Of a DNA stretch of 64,000 nucleotides, positions 19,435 to 33,900 are shown in pieces. This stretch comes from Eledone cirrhosa (Eukaryota), in the NCBI GenBank assembly GCA_964016885.1, contig CAXHJY010001022.1, positions 9,520 to 73,519 of the forward strand, given 5' to 3'. Position 1 is the first letter of the stretch. Each line of letters begins with the position of its first letter. The notes beneath the pieces were generated by a model, which saw only the letters and a program-made list of their open reading frames with translations, had not been told where the DNA came from and made no database searches. A program made the position numbers and the translations under genes.

Positions 19435-20567
19435 TCTATATATATAAAACTGTGGTTGTCTGTCTGTCTACTAAAACCTTCGGCACACATCTCCTCTTAA
19501 ACCGTACGTTCAAATTTCGGTGAAATTGCTACACTTATAGATGAAGGTCCAGCGGAACCATCGGTCAAACAAATTTTCAAATCGACCCACGCCAAGTGTA
19601 AAAATCGAATTTGTAATGTATTGATTTTTCAGTTCAAATGTATAAATAGAGATGAGAGACGAGTTATTTCCCTTTTATGGCGTCATTTGCTTATCTATTT
19701 ATGTTACGTATAAACGACGCGGTGGACCGAGAAGAACAATTTCATGCAAAGAGAAGACCAAGTTTATGGTGTAAATGGAGTCGTTAGCCTAATATTCTAT
19801 TTAAAATAACCGAATGATTTCCAGCCCCGGAGTTTAAGAATGATGTAAATAAAATTGTAAACGAAAATGACAGGTTATTAAAATAGTTGTTTCTACTTTT
19901 GGCACAAGGCCAGCAATTAATCAGTACATTACTGGTACTTTATTTTATCGACCCCGTAAGGATGAAAGGTAAAGTTAACCTCGACGGGATTTTAACTTTG
20001 CCTTAACATAGTAAAAGTAAATAGTGAAGTTTTAGGCCAGTACATACGTATGCACCGACGAACATACACATACTTATACATACGCACACACAAATACATA
20101 CACACACATACACGTGCGCGTGCGCGCGTGTGTGTAAACCTTATGCATTTCTACAGTATTTTCACCAAACTTAAGACATAGGTTACTCATGTACTCCGGA
20201 TGGTCATGGACACTTTCATTTTTCCAGATATTGATTATAGGGCCTCCCGGCAGATAACACCCTTTAACCACTTCCTTGGAGTCGACTGAAGCACTGCAGT
20301 GCAATGCAAAAAAAACGTCATAACTTCTGGAGTTCGCAACCGATTTTCACAAAACTTGACACATGGGATACGTTTGTTCTACAGATGGATGTGAACTCTC
20401 AGAATTGGCACATATTGAGTAGGGGACCCCTGAGGGCAGGAACCCCCTTTTGGAAAAAGTCGATGAGTTTATAAAAGTATAGTTTTCGAAGCAGCAGTGA
20501 AGTATTGACATAAATGGTATACATAACTGCTATTTAATACCCGAGCAACGCCGGGTACCTCTGCTTG
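19435..20567 (+). mobile_element. Non-autonomous Helitron-like element
   Basis: 5' A|TCTATATATATAAAAC...tgtctgtctgtc. 3' hairpin cccgagc-aac-gccggg (20540-20555) then CTTG|T, one change from CTAG|T. Confidence 0.7.
19885..19998 (-). mobile_element. SINE fragment nested in the Helitron
   Basis: Reverse complement of the SINE 3' part. Confidence 0.75.
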
Positions 20568-20569
20568 TA

Positions 20570-20845
20570 TAGTATATCATTGTATACTTTATTATATTAT
20601 ATATTATATGTGCTACTTATAATTATATCATATTATTACCTCATGTATATTAGATATACATATTATTATTATTATTATTTGTATTCCTATCATGCTTATT
20701 TATATTTAAACTCTTAATAAGGTTTAATTTGTGGTGTTGAAGATGGATATGTGTATTGATGTATGTGTATATGTGTGTACGTGTTCGGACATATATACAT
20801 ATGTATATTGTACCTTTTAATTTTTGTTGTAATTTTAATATTGGA
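20570..20845 (+). mobile_element. PLE family C 3'-region fragment, inverted relative to 17540-17815
   Basis: Shared taaactcttaataaggtttaatttgtg and neighbouring sequence. Confidence 0.7.
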
Positions 20846-21249
20846 AGTTCACCGAAACATATATACAATGGCAAGCACACGTATTCGAAGTCTGTCGGAA
20901 AAAAATATGTTGTCTTATCTAATACTTACTGGCATTACGGACACAGATTAGTGCAGAGTAGAGCTTAATGTATTCATGTACATTTGCAGTGTTTATGCTA
21001 GTGTCTGTCAGACAAACTTTGTGTGATTTGCTGTTGTATTTTCATTTCAATATCCGTTGTATTTTCATTCAGGCCGATACTGCCGGCGTGATTACTGGCT
21101 ACTTGAATAATGCAATGACTAGAAATTGTGTGCTGGCGTACGTGTCCGGTCAGGAAGCGAATGCAGATCGTCAATATCCTAAAAAGCATATCATAAGCGG
21201 ATACACAATCTGCTGATCTTTCTCCTTCACGTACTGAATTGTTTTTCGT

Positions 21250-21780
21250 TATTAATATACGGAAAACGGCTACCGATTAACGAAGAATACTACCTGGATA
21301 TCACCCGGCGTCTTCGCAATGATTTTCGATACGAGAGAACGTATTCAAAACTCTCAAAATTGGTAGCTGTATCCAGATGAAATGCTGACTAGTTAGTTAT
21401 AGCTCATCTAAAGTTTCCTCATTTGTCTGGTACCATATTTTCTAGCACACGCCATTCTGACTTTTTTAACTGCAAAGAAGGCAACGTTGACTGCGGCGGC
21501 AGCTGGAGCCATTCCTGAAAGGTGCTACGGTCGTGGTTTCAACGGTGGAAATATTTCAGGACTAAATTCGTGAAGGCAAAATTAACATTGATCAAAAGAA
21601 TTATCCAGGAGCCGCAAACAATACATATGAATTTCCACAGCCTATGGCCGAAAAGGTTATCAACAAAACTTGAATGATACTCTGTCATTTAATGAGTAAA
21701 AATGATACTCAAAGATACCATGTGTGCCTTCGTCTCCATATGCAGCTGGCCGGCTTTGCCACGTAATGTATGATTTATTA
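21250..21780 (+). pseudogene. Possible degraded Tc1/mariner transposase remnant
   Basis: Only short motif echoes (EYYLDI..RLRN, DFF, AGRLCHVMY). No ORF. Confidence 0.3.
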
Positions 21781-22083
21781 TAAGTACATTTAATTTTATA
21801 CACCTAAGAATTGTCTTCTTAATTTTCATCTTAATATTTTAAAGCTAGTGTTTGTCTAGTTTACCACACGTTGTGACTCCGGAGTGTACAGAAATTCCGC
21901 AGGTATTTAGTTTGATTATTTCGGCAGCATTTGACAACGTAGTTTTGTATTTGTTGCGAATAGTATACATATATATATGTATACATATGTATATATATAA
22001 GTTATTCCGGGTTCAATCGGAGGTAACCACAGTAAGTAAGGTACTCAATACATAGCAGAGTATAAATGTGTTAATATAGATGA

Positions 22084-22132
22084 GATTCTACAGGACTAGA
22101 ACGGTTTCATTCTTTAGAAATCATCAGGAATC
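22084..22132 (-). ncRNA. Hammerhead-like motif
   Basis: gattc-CTGATGA-tttct aa agaat-GAA-accg...ctgt-A-gaatc, with one mismatch in stem III. Confidence 0.55.
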
Positions 22133-22554
22133 TGGCTGTCCAAAACAAATGTGGTATTTATATCTTTTCTGGTGGTAGGAGAGGGTGGGGAGTGGAATTG
22201 GTGGAGGTAATGGGTTGAAAGAAAGGGGAAATTCTTTAAAAGCTAATTCTTTAAAGCTCTACTTAGAGTGAGAAATGCCAAGAGAATGTTTTAAACCAGT
22301 TCAAATATTGGGTGCTTTTCATTATTGTCATGTTTCTCTTAAGCTATATTTCAGGCGTCAACAAACAACTTCACATACACACACACATATATATATACAT
22401 ATATATATAAATATACACATATACAAACATATACAAACACATCTACACATATACACCTGTTACATAAATACATAAATACACATACACAAATATACATAAA
22501 TATATATATATATATATATATTATTATTATGTAATAAACAACATAAGGCAATTA

Positions 22555-22614
22555 TTCTATTTACCAGTGGTTTCTTAAAAGCAAAAGGTTTTGCTTTCAA
22601 TCCTCAGAATGAAA
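22555..22614 (-). ncRNA. Hammerhead ribozyme, family D inverted arm
   Basis: Reverse complement of 25478-25537. Confidence 0.78.
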
Positions 22615-22893
22615 AATCCTGGTTTGTTTATTGAATTTGGATTCTAAAAACAAAAATGCAATCTATATAAAAGTGAGGCTGGAAAAGGGAGAAGGAAAGA
22701 AAAATAAAATAAAACTACACATGCAAACACACACACAAAAAAACACAAAAGCATACTTACACACACATACACATATACAATTATATAAATGTACGCATAC
22801 ATATATACATATACACACATATATATATAAAACGTACACCTACACACACATACACATATATACACACATATACACATACATACATTCATACAT

Positions 22894-22932
<39 letters not shown>

Positions 22933-22960
22933 TACACACACACATATAAATATATGTACA

Positions 22961-23012
<52 letters not shown>

Positions 23013-23168
23013 CACACATACACACACACACACATGTGTGTGTACAAGCATACACATACACAAACATAGCCATACATACACACATATATATACACATACA
23101 TGCATTCACACAAACATACAACGTACATACATACACATACATGAATGCACTCCTCTACATATTCATGA

Positions 23169-23616
23169 ATGCCAATTGCAGGGTAAATGTAACACAAAAT
23201 CTGTCGTTTATGAGGCTAAGATAACGCCAGTTATCATCAACCAGCCAGCCAGGAGTGAGCGATATGTTGGTATGACCCAGGACAGGTTTAAAACCAGATT
23301 TTACTCACATGTCGCTTCTTTTAAGCACTCTGATAAACGAACATCAACGGCCCTCGCAAGTAAGGTATGGGATCTCAAGGATAGTAATATCCCGTACTCT
23401 ATTGATTGGTCTATATTAGAACATTCGAGGGAGTACCAAAGGGGCACAAAGAATTGTTCTTTGTGCACCACAGAAAAGTATAGGATTTTGCTAAACTTGA
23501 GAGCCACTTCCGCTTGCCTTAACTCAAAGACTGAGATCTTCAGATGCTGTCCTCATCTGAAATCGCATCTGATCTGTAACTGGATTAACACTCCTATGAG
23601 AAATCAACCGCCTTGA
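23169..23616 (+). pseudogene. GIY-YIG endonuclease fragment
   Basis: KSVVYEA...RYVGMT..RFKTRFYSH...CSLCTTEK...LNSKTE..CCPH. The upstream part of the called ORF is microsatellite. Confidence 0.88.
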
Positions 23617-23820
23617 ACTCCTTCTCTGCTCTTTACTTTTGCTACGGTTTTTATTTTGCTGACTCTACCTCTGTACTCTTGTATATTTAAAAAAAAATGT
23701 TCTCCCTTACCTCCCCTTATATTTTACCTTCTCTTATGCCCCCCCCCCATATATTCTTTTTGTTTTGCCCTTCACATACCTATGTGTATGTGTATGTATT
23801 TTTGTGTGTATATATATATG

Positions 23821-23852
<32 letters not shown>

Positions 23853-23854
23853 TT

Positions 23855-23902
<48 letters not shown>

Positions 23903-24137
23903 CGTGTGTGTATGTATATAATTGTATATTTGTATGTGTATATGTATGTATATGAAGATTGAACTTTTTTGCTTTTAAGAAACCTCTGGTGAATGTGTTA
24001 CTTTATTACTTTACTACTATATATACGTTTATGTAAGGTTCATTTGTCTTATCTAATACTGAGCTTTACACATACACACATGTATATGTGTGTGTGTATG
24101 TGTATGCATGTGTGTATGTGTACGTGTATGTGTGTAT

Positions 24138-24171
<34 letters not shown>

Positions 24172-24409
24172 GTGTATATATATATGTATGTATGTATATG
24201 TGTGCGTGTGTATTTATTTATTTTTATGTATGGGAGTGTGTGTGTGTGTTTGTATTTGGTTGTGCGTGCGTTTGATATATACATATTTGCATGTGTATAA
24301 TTGTTTAGCTATGTATGTATATGTGTGTTTACGTATATATATGTGTGTGTGTGTGTGTGCGTTTATATTTCTATATTTTTGTATGTATATATATATATAT
24401 ATGTAGGAA

Positions 24410-24621
24410 GGATCGACTTTGTTGTCAAATCGGACCGAGGGAACAATGTTTTCGTTGGTCTTTCCTATTGCTAATACTATCTATCGGTCGCAACTCCAGG
24501 TAGAAGGAGCAACGTGAAATAAAGTGTCTTGCTCAAGGACATAACGCATCGCCTGGTCCAGGAATCGAACTCACAACCTTACGATTGCGAATACAATTCT
24601 CTAACCACTCAGCCACACGCC

Positions 24622-24625
<4 letters not shown>
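24410..24625 (-). mobile_element. Second tRNA-derived SINE family with CORE-like segment
   Basis: A box tggctgagtgg, B box gttcgattcc, then ccttgagcaagacactt. Confidence 0.75.
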
Positions 24626-24661
<36 letters not shown>

Positions 24662-25095
24662 TGTGTGTATATAATTACATATAGATGTGTGTGTTTATAT
24701 TATATACGTGTGCGTGTTTGTGTATGTATGTGTATGTACGTGTTTATGTATTTGTATATGTATATTTATGTGTGAGAGTGTGTGTATGTGTTTACTATTT
24801 CGTATGTATGTATATGTGCTTTCGTGTGTATTACTTACCACGCGTGTCTGTCCTGTTAGCTGGGGCATGTCTCGGTGTCAAACATTTTTTAATATATATA
24901 TATATATTTATATATTTTTTTCTTATATTTATTTGCGTGTGTGAATATGTAGAGGAGTGCATTCATGTATGTGTATGTATGTACGTTGTATGTTTGTGTG
25001 AATGTATGTATGTGTATATATATATGTGTGTGTGTGTATGGCTATGTTTGTGTATGTGTATGCTTGTACACACACGTGTGTGTGTGTGTATGTGT

Positions 25096-25145
<50 letters not shown>

Positions 25146-25477
25146 GTACATATATTTATATGTGTGTGTGTATGTGTGTGTATGTGTGTGTGTGTGTATG
25201 TATGAATGTGTGTATGTGTATATGTGTGTATATATGTGTATGTGTGTGTAGGTGTACGTTTTATATATATATATGTGTATATGTATATATGTATGCGTAC
25301 ATTTATATAATTGTATATATGTATGTGTGTGTAAGTATGCTTTTGTGTTTTTTTGTGTGTGTGTTTGCATGTGTAGTTTTATTTTATTTTTCCTTTCCTT
25401 CTCCCTTTTCCAGCCTCACTTTCATATAGATTGCATTTTTGTTTTTAGAATCCAAATTCAATAAACAAACCAGGATT

Positions 25478-25537
25478 TTTCATTCTGAGGATTGAAAGCA
25501 AAACCTTTTGCTTTTAAGAAACCACTGGTAAATGGAA
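25478..25537 (+). ncRNA. Hammerhead ribozyme, family D pLTR
   Basis: ttcatt-CTGAGGA-ttgaaagcaaaa cc ttttgcttttaa-GAA-accactggt-A-aatgga. Confidence 0.82.
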
Positions 25538-25633
25538 TAATTGCCTTATGTTGTTTATTACATAATAATAATAATTAAGCTCTGTCGCCTACATAGAGCA
25601 CTCTTTTTTCCTGGACTTTTCCGATGGAATTAC

Positions 25634-25713
<80 letters not shown>

Positions 25714-25909
25714 TACACATACATACACATATATGCACATATATGTGTGTATACATATATATATATACACAAACACATATATACATATATATATTAATAA
25801 GAGGAATTCCAACTTTGTCTGATTTACTCGTTTTATTTACAATCCTTTAAAATATATAATGGTATTATAATGAAATAGTATGATAGAATATTAAATTCTA
25901 AGTGTTAAT

Positions 25910-25948
25910 TGAACAAGTACTTTCATGCTTTCGCAATTTTCAGGTTCA
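25910..25948 (-). ncRNA. Degenerate minimal hammerhead (G8>A)
   Basis: tgaac-CTGAAAA-ttgc gaaa gcat-GAA-agtact-T-gttca. Confidence 0.5.
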
Positions 25949-25984
25949 TAATATGTGGTGACAGTCAAGTTTGCAATTTTCAAC

Positions 25985-26105
<121 letters not shown>

Positions 26106-26144
26106 CATATATACATATATACATATACACATATATACATAAAT

Positions 26145-26191
<47 letters not shown>

Positions 26192-26680
26192 CATACATAC
26201 ACATACATACATACATACACACATACATACATACACATAGATGTATACATATATAAATATGTATATATATATATATATATATATGGTGTCTGCCAACTCG
26301 TTTTCGAGTACGGCCACTACTTTATATCCATGTAGGAGAACCCCTACCGATGCGCTGAACGAGTGTGACTTTTTAGTCCAGCCAGCGACTTGAAAACTCT
26401 GGTACAAACACTACATTCGTGACAATTACTGACACATAGTGCTGGGCCCATGGTACCATGTGATGACAAGTGCAGAGAGATCTCCAGATATAAAGCAATG
26501 CCTGTGCCGTGAAGCGTTTATAGTGAGCAAAGGCACTGCACAAAGCCAGTCCCACTCTCTTAACCAGGATTATATTTACAAAAAAGAACAAGTCAACATC
26601 ATTGGATACCATCAGGGTTGCAGGTGTTATATCAGAGTTTTCCTTCTCCTACACATACATATACATACACATACACATAC

Positions 26681-26711
<31 letters not shown>

Positions 26712-26712
26712 C

Positions 26713-26817
<105 letters not shown>

Positions 26818-27359
26818 CACATACACACATATACACATATACATATATATATATATATGTTATACACATATACACATATATATAAATATATGTGTATATA
26901 TATATATATATAAATATATGTATATATATATATACATATATATACATATATATATATATACATATATATATTCATATATATATATATATATACACATATA
27001 TATATACACACACATATACACATATACATACATATATATGTTATACACATATACACATATATATAAATATATTATTTTCCCGAGAAAACATCTATGTGTG
27101 TCATCAAGCGATGCGCACATATGGTTATTTTTTTTATATCCAATTGAGTTCTAGCACGTGGCATGAATTCTTATCAGAATTGATTGACCTGCGCACGTAT
27201 TGATTTTTGGCGGTAATCTCCTTCCTCCTATTTTCGAGACAGTGTGAAATTATCTTTAGAACTGCTGGACTAACAACCTAGCAGCTCCCTCAAGCACTGA
27301 TGGTGATTATCGCTAAATATTGATGTTTATTTGGTTATCAATATTAATATTATTGGGCA

Positions 27360-27482
27360 CCCACTGAAGAATTATAAGAGCCCACTTGAATAAGTATATG
27401 TTGATCTTATACAACCTTCTACATAAATTGGTATAATTTCACTTAATTTGTAGAAATCTTATAGTGAAACGAGTCGTCTGGG
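27360..27482 (+). ncRNA. Hammerhead ribozyme with ~95-nt stem II domain
   Basis: ccca-CTGAAGA-attataaga...tcttatagt-GAA-acgagtcgt-C-tggg. Confidence 0.75.
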
Positions 27483-28157
27483 AAGAGATATACTTGATAT
27501 ATCTCATATGAAATGATACAGCCAATTTTCCACACAATACAATTAGTTAGCACCCCGAACGTTTAATTATGAGTATACTCAGGTATTACCTAATGTTTGT
27601 TGAGTGGGTTGTAATTTGGCCGGAGTATCGCTATTAGCTTTCTCCGATTATATATTTATATATTTACTCTTGGAGCAACAGATATGAACTTTCCCGATAT
27701 AAGGTATGACACTCTTTGTTTATTTTTTATATGAATATTGAGTGTTTGTTCTTGTATCTCATTCTGTTATTTTGCCGGAGAAAATATCTATGTATGTCAT
27801 CAAGCGATGCGCACATATGGTTTTCTTTTCATATCCAATTGAGTTATAACACGAGGCTTGAATTCTTTTCAGAATTTATTGACCTGCGCATGTATTGTTT
27901 TTTGGCGGTAATCTGCTTCCTCCTATTTTCGAGACAGTGTGAGATTTTCTTTAGAACTGCTGAACTAACAACCTAGCAGCTCCCTCAAGCAGTGATGGTG
28001 ATTATCGCTAAATATTGATGTTGATTTGGTTATCAATATTAATATTATTGGGCACCCACTGAAGAATTATAAGAGCTCACTTGAATAAGTATTTGTTGAT
28101 CTTATACAAGCTTTTACATAAATTGGTATAATTTCACTTAATTTGTAGAAATCTTAT

Positions 28158-28511
28158 CATCATTCATCATTCATCGACTACTGTCGAGATGATGGATCTT
28201 ACTCTCATGCCCCAGAATTCCCTGTTCCCCATCGCCGCCCCCAGGTCCTGTCTACTGATTCCCGTATCCCTAGAGATAACGTCAGGAATGACAGCTTCCT
28301 ACTCCTAATCAAGCTGGAGTCACGCTACCCAGCAAAATACTTGATCGACACCGGCATTGCTGACGACATCGCATTGTTCAGTCGGTCACTGGAAAATGCT
28401 GAGAGTCTTTTGAAGTCATTAGAGCAAGCGTCCAACTGTGTTGGACTGTACCTCAACGAATCCAAGACTGAGTATGTGAACAGATGCGCAAACAGCCCAA
28501 ACTACCCCATC
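28158..28511 (-). mobile_element. RTE-type LINE fragment with 5' inversion and 11-bp TSD
   Basis: TSD agaaatcttat at 28147-28157 and 28512-28522. Minus strand encodes RDTGISRQDLGAAMGNREFW with a gatgaatgat tail. Plus strand encodes ADDIALFS...GLYLNESKTEY. Confidence 0.8.
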
Positions 28512-28712
28512 AGAAATCTTATAGTGAAACGAGTCGTCTGGGAAGAGATATACTGGATATATCTCATATGAAATGATACAGCCAATTTTCCACACAATAC
28601 AATTAGTTAGCACCCTGAACGTTTAATTAGAAATATACTCAGGTATTTCCTAATGTTTGTTGAGTGAGTTAGAATTTGGCGAGAGTATCGTTATTAGCTT
28701 TCTCCGCTTATG

Positions 28713-28839
<127 letters not shown>

Positions 28840-29302
28840 AAATACATACATATAAAGAAGTAGAGAGAAAGAGAAAATGAGGCCAAGAAGAGAACATGGG
28901 TGTATGTATTGAGTCCTGTCGAGGCATATATATGTTACTTATTCATTTCACTTGGAATACTTTCTCTTTCACTACGAAAAATTAATTAACTATCTCGAAT
29001 AACTGTTCATTCTTGATTTATACGGGTGATTTGTCGATATAGTACTCATTGGCTTAGCCATAATCAATTGCTTTGAAAAGCTTACCTACGATATACGCCT
29101 ATATTAAGTGCGAATTTTGCCGGAAAGTTAACGAAATCTATAAATAAGGTATTATCGATAAACATCGCGTTATAGGGATATTTTAGCGGAAGCCTTACTG
29201 TTACTATTCCTTAGACGATTATCAATATGAATTGATTGACCGACAATATTCGTGAAATACGTACTAATACGCTAGTAGCTTATGATATATTTGACACAAG
29301 AA

Positions 29303-29504
29303 TTTTGAAGACGGTAAATGAACCAGGAGCGGCACTATCGGAGCGCTCTCACTTGGCTGATAAAAGAGTGCTTCTAAAATTCATATATATACATATATAT
29401 ATGAATTTTAGAAGCACTCTTTTATTCACCACATTGTAGTCTCTATCAACCAAGTGAGAGCGCTCCAATAGTGCCGCTCCTGGTCTTTTAACCGTCTTCA
29501 AAAT
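29303..29504. repeat. Foldback centred on a short (TA)n
   Basis: ttttgaagacggt..ccaggagcggcactat..cttctaaaattcat is mirrored on the other side. Confidence 0.85.
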
Positions 29505-29815
29505 GACTAACGCACACTATGTCAGAACAACATGACCCCTCATTAATTACAGTCGACAAACTTTTGCTTTGTATGTAAATGAGTTTCGTCAGCCGATGTC
29601 CATGCCATAAATCCTATGACCGTTTAACATATTTTCTTCTTAGCATCTAAGGAGGTAGCCTCTCTAATAGCGGTTAAAAATCAGTAACGGTCCCTTCAGA
29701 GTGCTCTCGCATTGTTGGTGTTGAATTAATCACTGCTTCTAAACTTCTCATAGAGATGACTATAAAATGTTTATTTACATGACCACTTCTGGTATGATTC
29801 AACATACAATCCCAG

Positions 29816-29864
<49 letters not shown>

Positions 29865-29915
29865 AAGTAATTGAGTTAATTACTATAATTTTCTTATCTT
29901 ACGTCTTATATATAC

Positions 29916-29963
<48 letters not shown>

Positions 29964-30009
29964 CGTGAGATAAGAAAATTATAGTAATTAACTCAATTAC
30001 TTAAATTTC

Positions 30010-30091
30010 ACTCCAACTAATTAGTTTCTCAGAGGAGATATACATAGTCTCCAAATGGAGACCATGGAGAATCCTTTCTTCATCAGGGAGT
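30010..30091 (-). ncRNA. Hammerhead ribozyme
   Basis: actcc-CTGATGA-long stem II (catggtctcca/tggagactatg)-GAA-actaattagt-T-ggagt. Confidence 0.72.
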
Positions 30092-30727
30092 CATTCTCAG
30101 CTAAGATTCCTGGCGATGCGTGGACACAGGGATCGTATACAAAAATAATTCAGTGGATGGAAAAAAGCTAGCGCGGACTAAATTCGAAGCCATTGAAAAT
30201 TTCACTGCCTTCCTGGTCAGTGGCAAATTCAAAAGAATCAATCACGTGACATTGAGGTTATTCAGTGAGGAGTGGGTGTTAAACAAACAGTAGCTAAATT
30301 GAATACTATGAACCATAGTAGTAATTTAGGCAAATTTGTGCACAACAAAATAATTTGGAGATAATTATAAAGAATTAGTATATCTACCAACATATTTATA
30401 CAGATGTATACTTACGCTAGCAAATATATAAGTTTTGTCTTAGTAACTTTGTGGTTCCATACAAAGAAATGTAGAACAATTATATAAAAGACGTAAAATA
30501 AGGAAATTATAGTAATTAACTCACATATATATATATATATATGGAGAAGAAGTTTATGAAACGGAAATGCGGGTATAAAGAATTTATTAGGTAACAATTG
30601 TTTCCATAGTGTATGGGTTACCTATACCTCGCTATTTGAATAATATAAAAATATTATCATAAACCGAAGGTAGACTGCAAGCAGACACACCATGTCGTTA
30701 GTAACATTGGAATACAAATTTACTAAT

Positions 30728-30844
<117 letters not shown>

Positions 30845-30959
30845 ATACATAGGGAGGTTCATATTATTATAATATTGCCAGAAAAAATAGCAGAACACAG
30901 TCATGGTTTGGTTTGCGTTTCGCTTCTGTATCTTTTATATAGTTAATTTATTTGGCAAT

Positions 30960-33900
30960 CATTGTTGATCATAGATCGACCAACGGTTAAAAATACAGAT
31001 ATCAATATATATATATACAACCCGTATGGGATTGAAAGAACAAAATATAACGACTTAATTTTAAAGGAATTGCGGAAAAATTATAAAAAGGCCCCAAGTG
31101 ATGTTTTATTGGATATTAATAATGATGCATTTGAAATTATCACCATATCTTGGAATAGAGCGGAAAACCGAACCTTTCATACCAAAGCAACCACGGATAA
31201 ATTTTAAAGACCATAAAAGAAATTTCGAGGAGGACCTGCCAGTTAGACTTATAGCACCTTCAAAATCAGATCTTGGAATAATTAGTAAAATTACAATAGA
31301 GAGGATTTTACCAACTCTTAAATTTAGGTCATGGCTAAACCAATCGAAAGGCACTAGTGAAGTCATAGATCGGTTCACTAGTGAAAATAAAAATAATTAT
31401 AAGTTCATTGAAATGGACATAACTAGTTATTATTCCTCGATAACACCTAATCTGTTAAATAAGGCGTTATCATATGTATATAAACATACTGACTTATCTA
31501 GTGATGAGATACATATTATATTAACAGGGCGAACTTTGATTCACTTTAATAATTGTTTTTACGTTAGGCACAAGGCCAGCAAATACCCAGTGCATTACTG
31601 GTACTTTATTTTATCGACACCGTAAGGATGAAAGGCAAAGTTAACCTCGGCGGGATTTGAACTCAGAATGGCAAGGGCCGTAATAATGATCTTTGGAGTA
31701 GATCAGATAGACAGAAGATTGTTGACATTACTATGGGTTCGTCTGATTCGGCGCAAGTTACCGATATTGTGGGAATTTTCATCCTTAACCTGATAAATAG
31801 AAAACTGCCGGAGATTACCGGAGGTTTTTATAGAGATGGCATACTATTTATTTTAGAAAAACATAATAATAGCGAATTAAAAACTGTAAAGAAAGTAATT
31901 ATAGAATTTTTTTTAAATTACGTCCTGAAATTAGAAGTAGAAAATAATAATAAAATAGTTAATTTTTTAGACGTTACTCTTAATTTGAACTCAGGCCTTT
32001 ATTATCCCTTCCATAAACTCAATGAGAATTTAAATTATGTTAGTTTTTATTTTATTCATCCTAAAAGAGTTAAGAATGCAATTGTCAACAGTGTACAGCA
32101 CCGAATGTCCAGGCTATCTGCTAATAGATCCATATTTAATAGTAAGGCTGTATATTATAATGAAGCGTCACATAAAGCTGGATATAACAATAATATTGAG
32201 TATATAGAAAAAAATAATGAAAATAATATTAATTATAATTACACTAATCATAATAAAAACGAATATAAAAACAACTTGCGGAATAAATGGGGGGAAAAAA
32301 TAAGAAATAGGTATGCTCCGCCAGCATCTTTAGCTATTAAAACACAGGTAGCACACTTATTTTTTAAGCTTTGGATAAATGCTTCCCTACGTCACATAAA
32401 TATTACTCTATTTTCAACAGACACACAGTTAAACTTTCTCATTCAAGAACTATGAATATTGCTCAAAATATAGCATAAATAAATAATAAAATTCTTAACT
32501 TGAACCGACATATAATTAGCAATAATAACAATAATAATAACAATACATTAGTTAATGGGAATAACAATAATAGTTTAAATACTAATAATAGTAGAACACC
32601 TGTAAATAATAATGTGAATAGTTTAAGGTCTGGAAATTACATTGAGAAGAAATGTAATTGTAGAAAGCAGTCCGAATGTTCTTTACGAAATAATTGCGTT
32701 GACAAGAATATAGTATATAAATGTACCATTAAGACAAAAAATAGTATATATAACTATATTGGTGCCACTTCATATAAATTTAAGGAACGGCAGTATAATC
32801 ACAGACAGTCTTTTATTAAACCAGATAAGAAATGTTCAACTTCACTTTCGCAATTAATATGGTCTTTAAGGGACAATAATATTAAATATTCCATCTCTTG
32901 GACCAAATTGAAGAATGCTACTGTTTCGCAAATTTTGCAATGTTTGTAATTTCGGTCTCCACTGAAAATTACAAGTTATGACAATTTAATCAACAAAAAA
33001 ATGAATTATTCAGTAGTTGTCACCATAACATTGGTAAAACTTTCCAAGCATTGTACAAGTTTCGAAAAAAATATTGACAATTAATAATTTAATATATATA
33101 TACATGTTTTTGCCTTATTGTGGTAATAATGTATTGTTAGTTATATGTATTAGAATTATTTTATTAAAAGTCTCGTTATCTTATTTTTTTATTAGGACAG
33201 TTCAATATCTAACTAGACATTTTTTATGATATTTGCAATAGATTATTTATGGTGTTCGAGATATCGCGGAATGTGTGAGTAGAGATATGTTATAAATGTT
33301 TGTACATGGTGAATGAGTTATCTTCCTTTTGTTTACATTGTCCGTAAAATGTTCTTCCTTTGGTCTAGCTTGCTGAATATTGGTTTTGAAATATGTAGAT
33401 TAATAATATACAGACTATCATTAAAATGAAACTATATAAATAAGTAAATACAGAAGTAAATATAGCCTTTCAGTAAATTAATGAAATTAACTTTCGTGAG
33501 TAAATGTAACTGCAGTTTAATCCTAGAAATTAAATGAAAATTAAAGAATAGTGAAGATTTTATGAAGAGAATATCATAATTAAATAATTTGAGTAATATA
33601 TGATCTAAATATATTATATGTTTTGATGGTGATTTATGTATGGTATTAGATGTTAATACATATGTAATAATTATTCAAATACGCTTTAACGATTAATTCT
33701 TTTAAAGTTGTAACAAAATATTTATAGAATATCTTACCTTAAAATTAAAAATAATACTGTATAATGAGTTAAATTAAATTATATAAATGTTTAATTAAAT
33801 TATATATGTGATTGCTATAGAAAATAATCTATACTGATTAATTTTGATATGATATAAGTATAATTAGCTAATGCATAATCAAATACTAAAGATATACAAT

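Larger units (their letters stand above)
22518..25575 (+). mobile_element. Naiad-type PLE family D, 5'-truncated with inverted pLTR
   Basis: 22518-23168 is an inverted copy of ~24943-25575. EN fragment at 23169-23616. HHR in both arms. Confidence 0.85.

Noticed and set aside
26285-26650. Unique-looking segment between microsatellites, possible exon
   Set aside because: No recognisable protein motif or convincing splice context.
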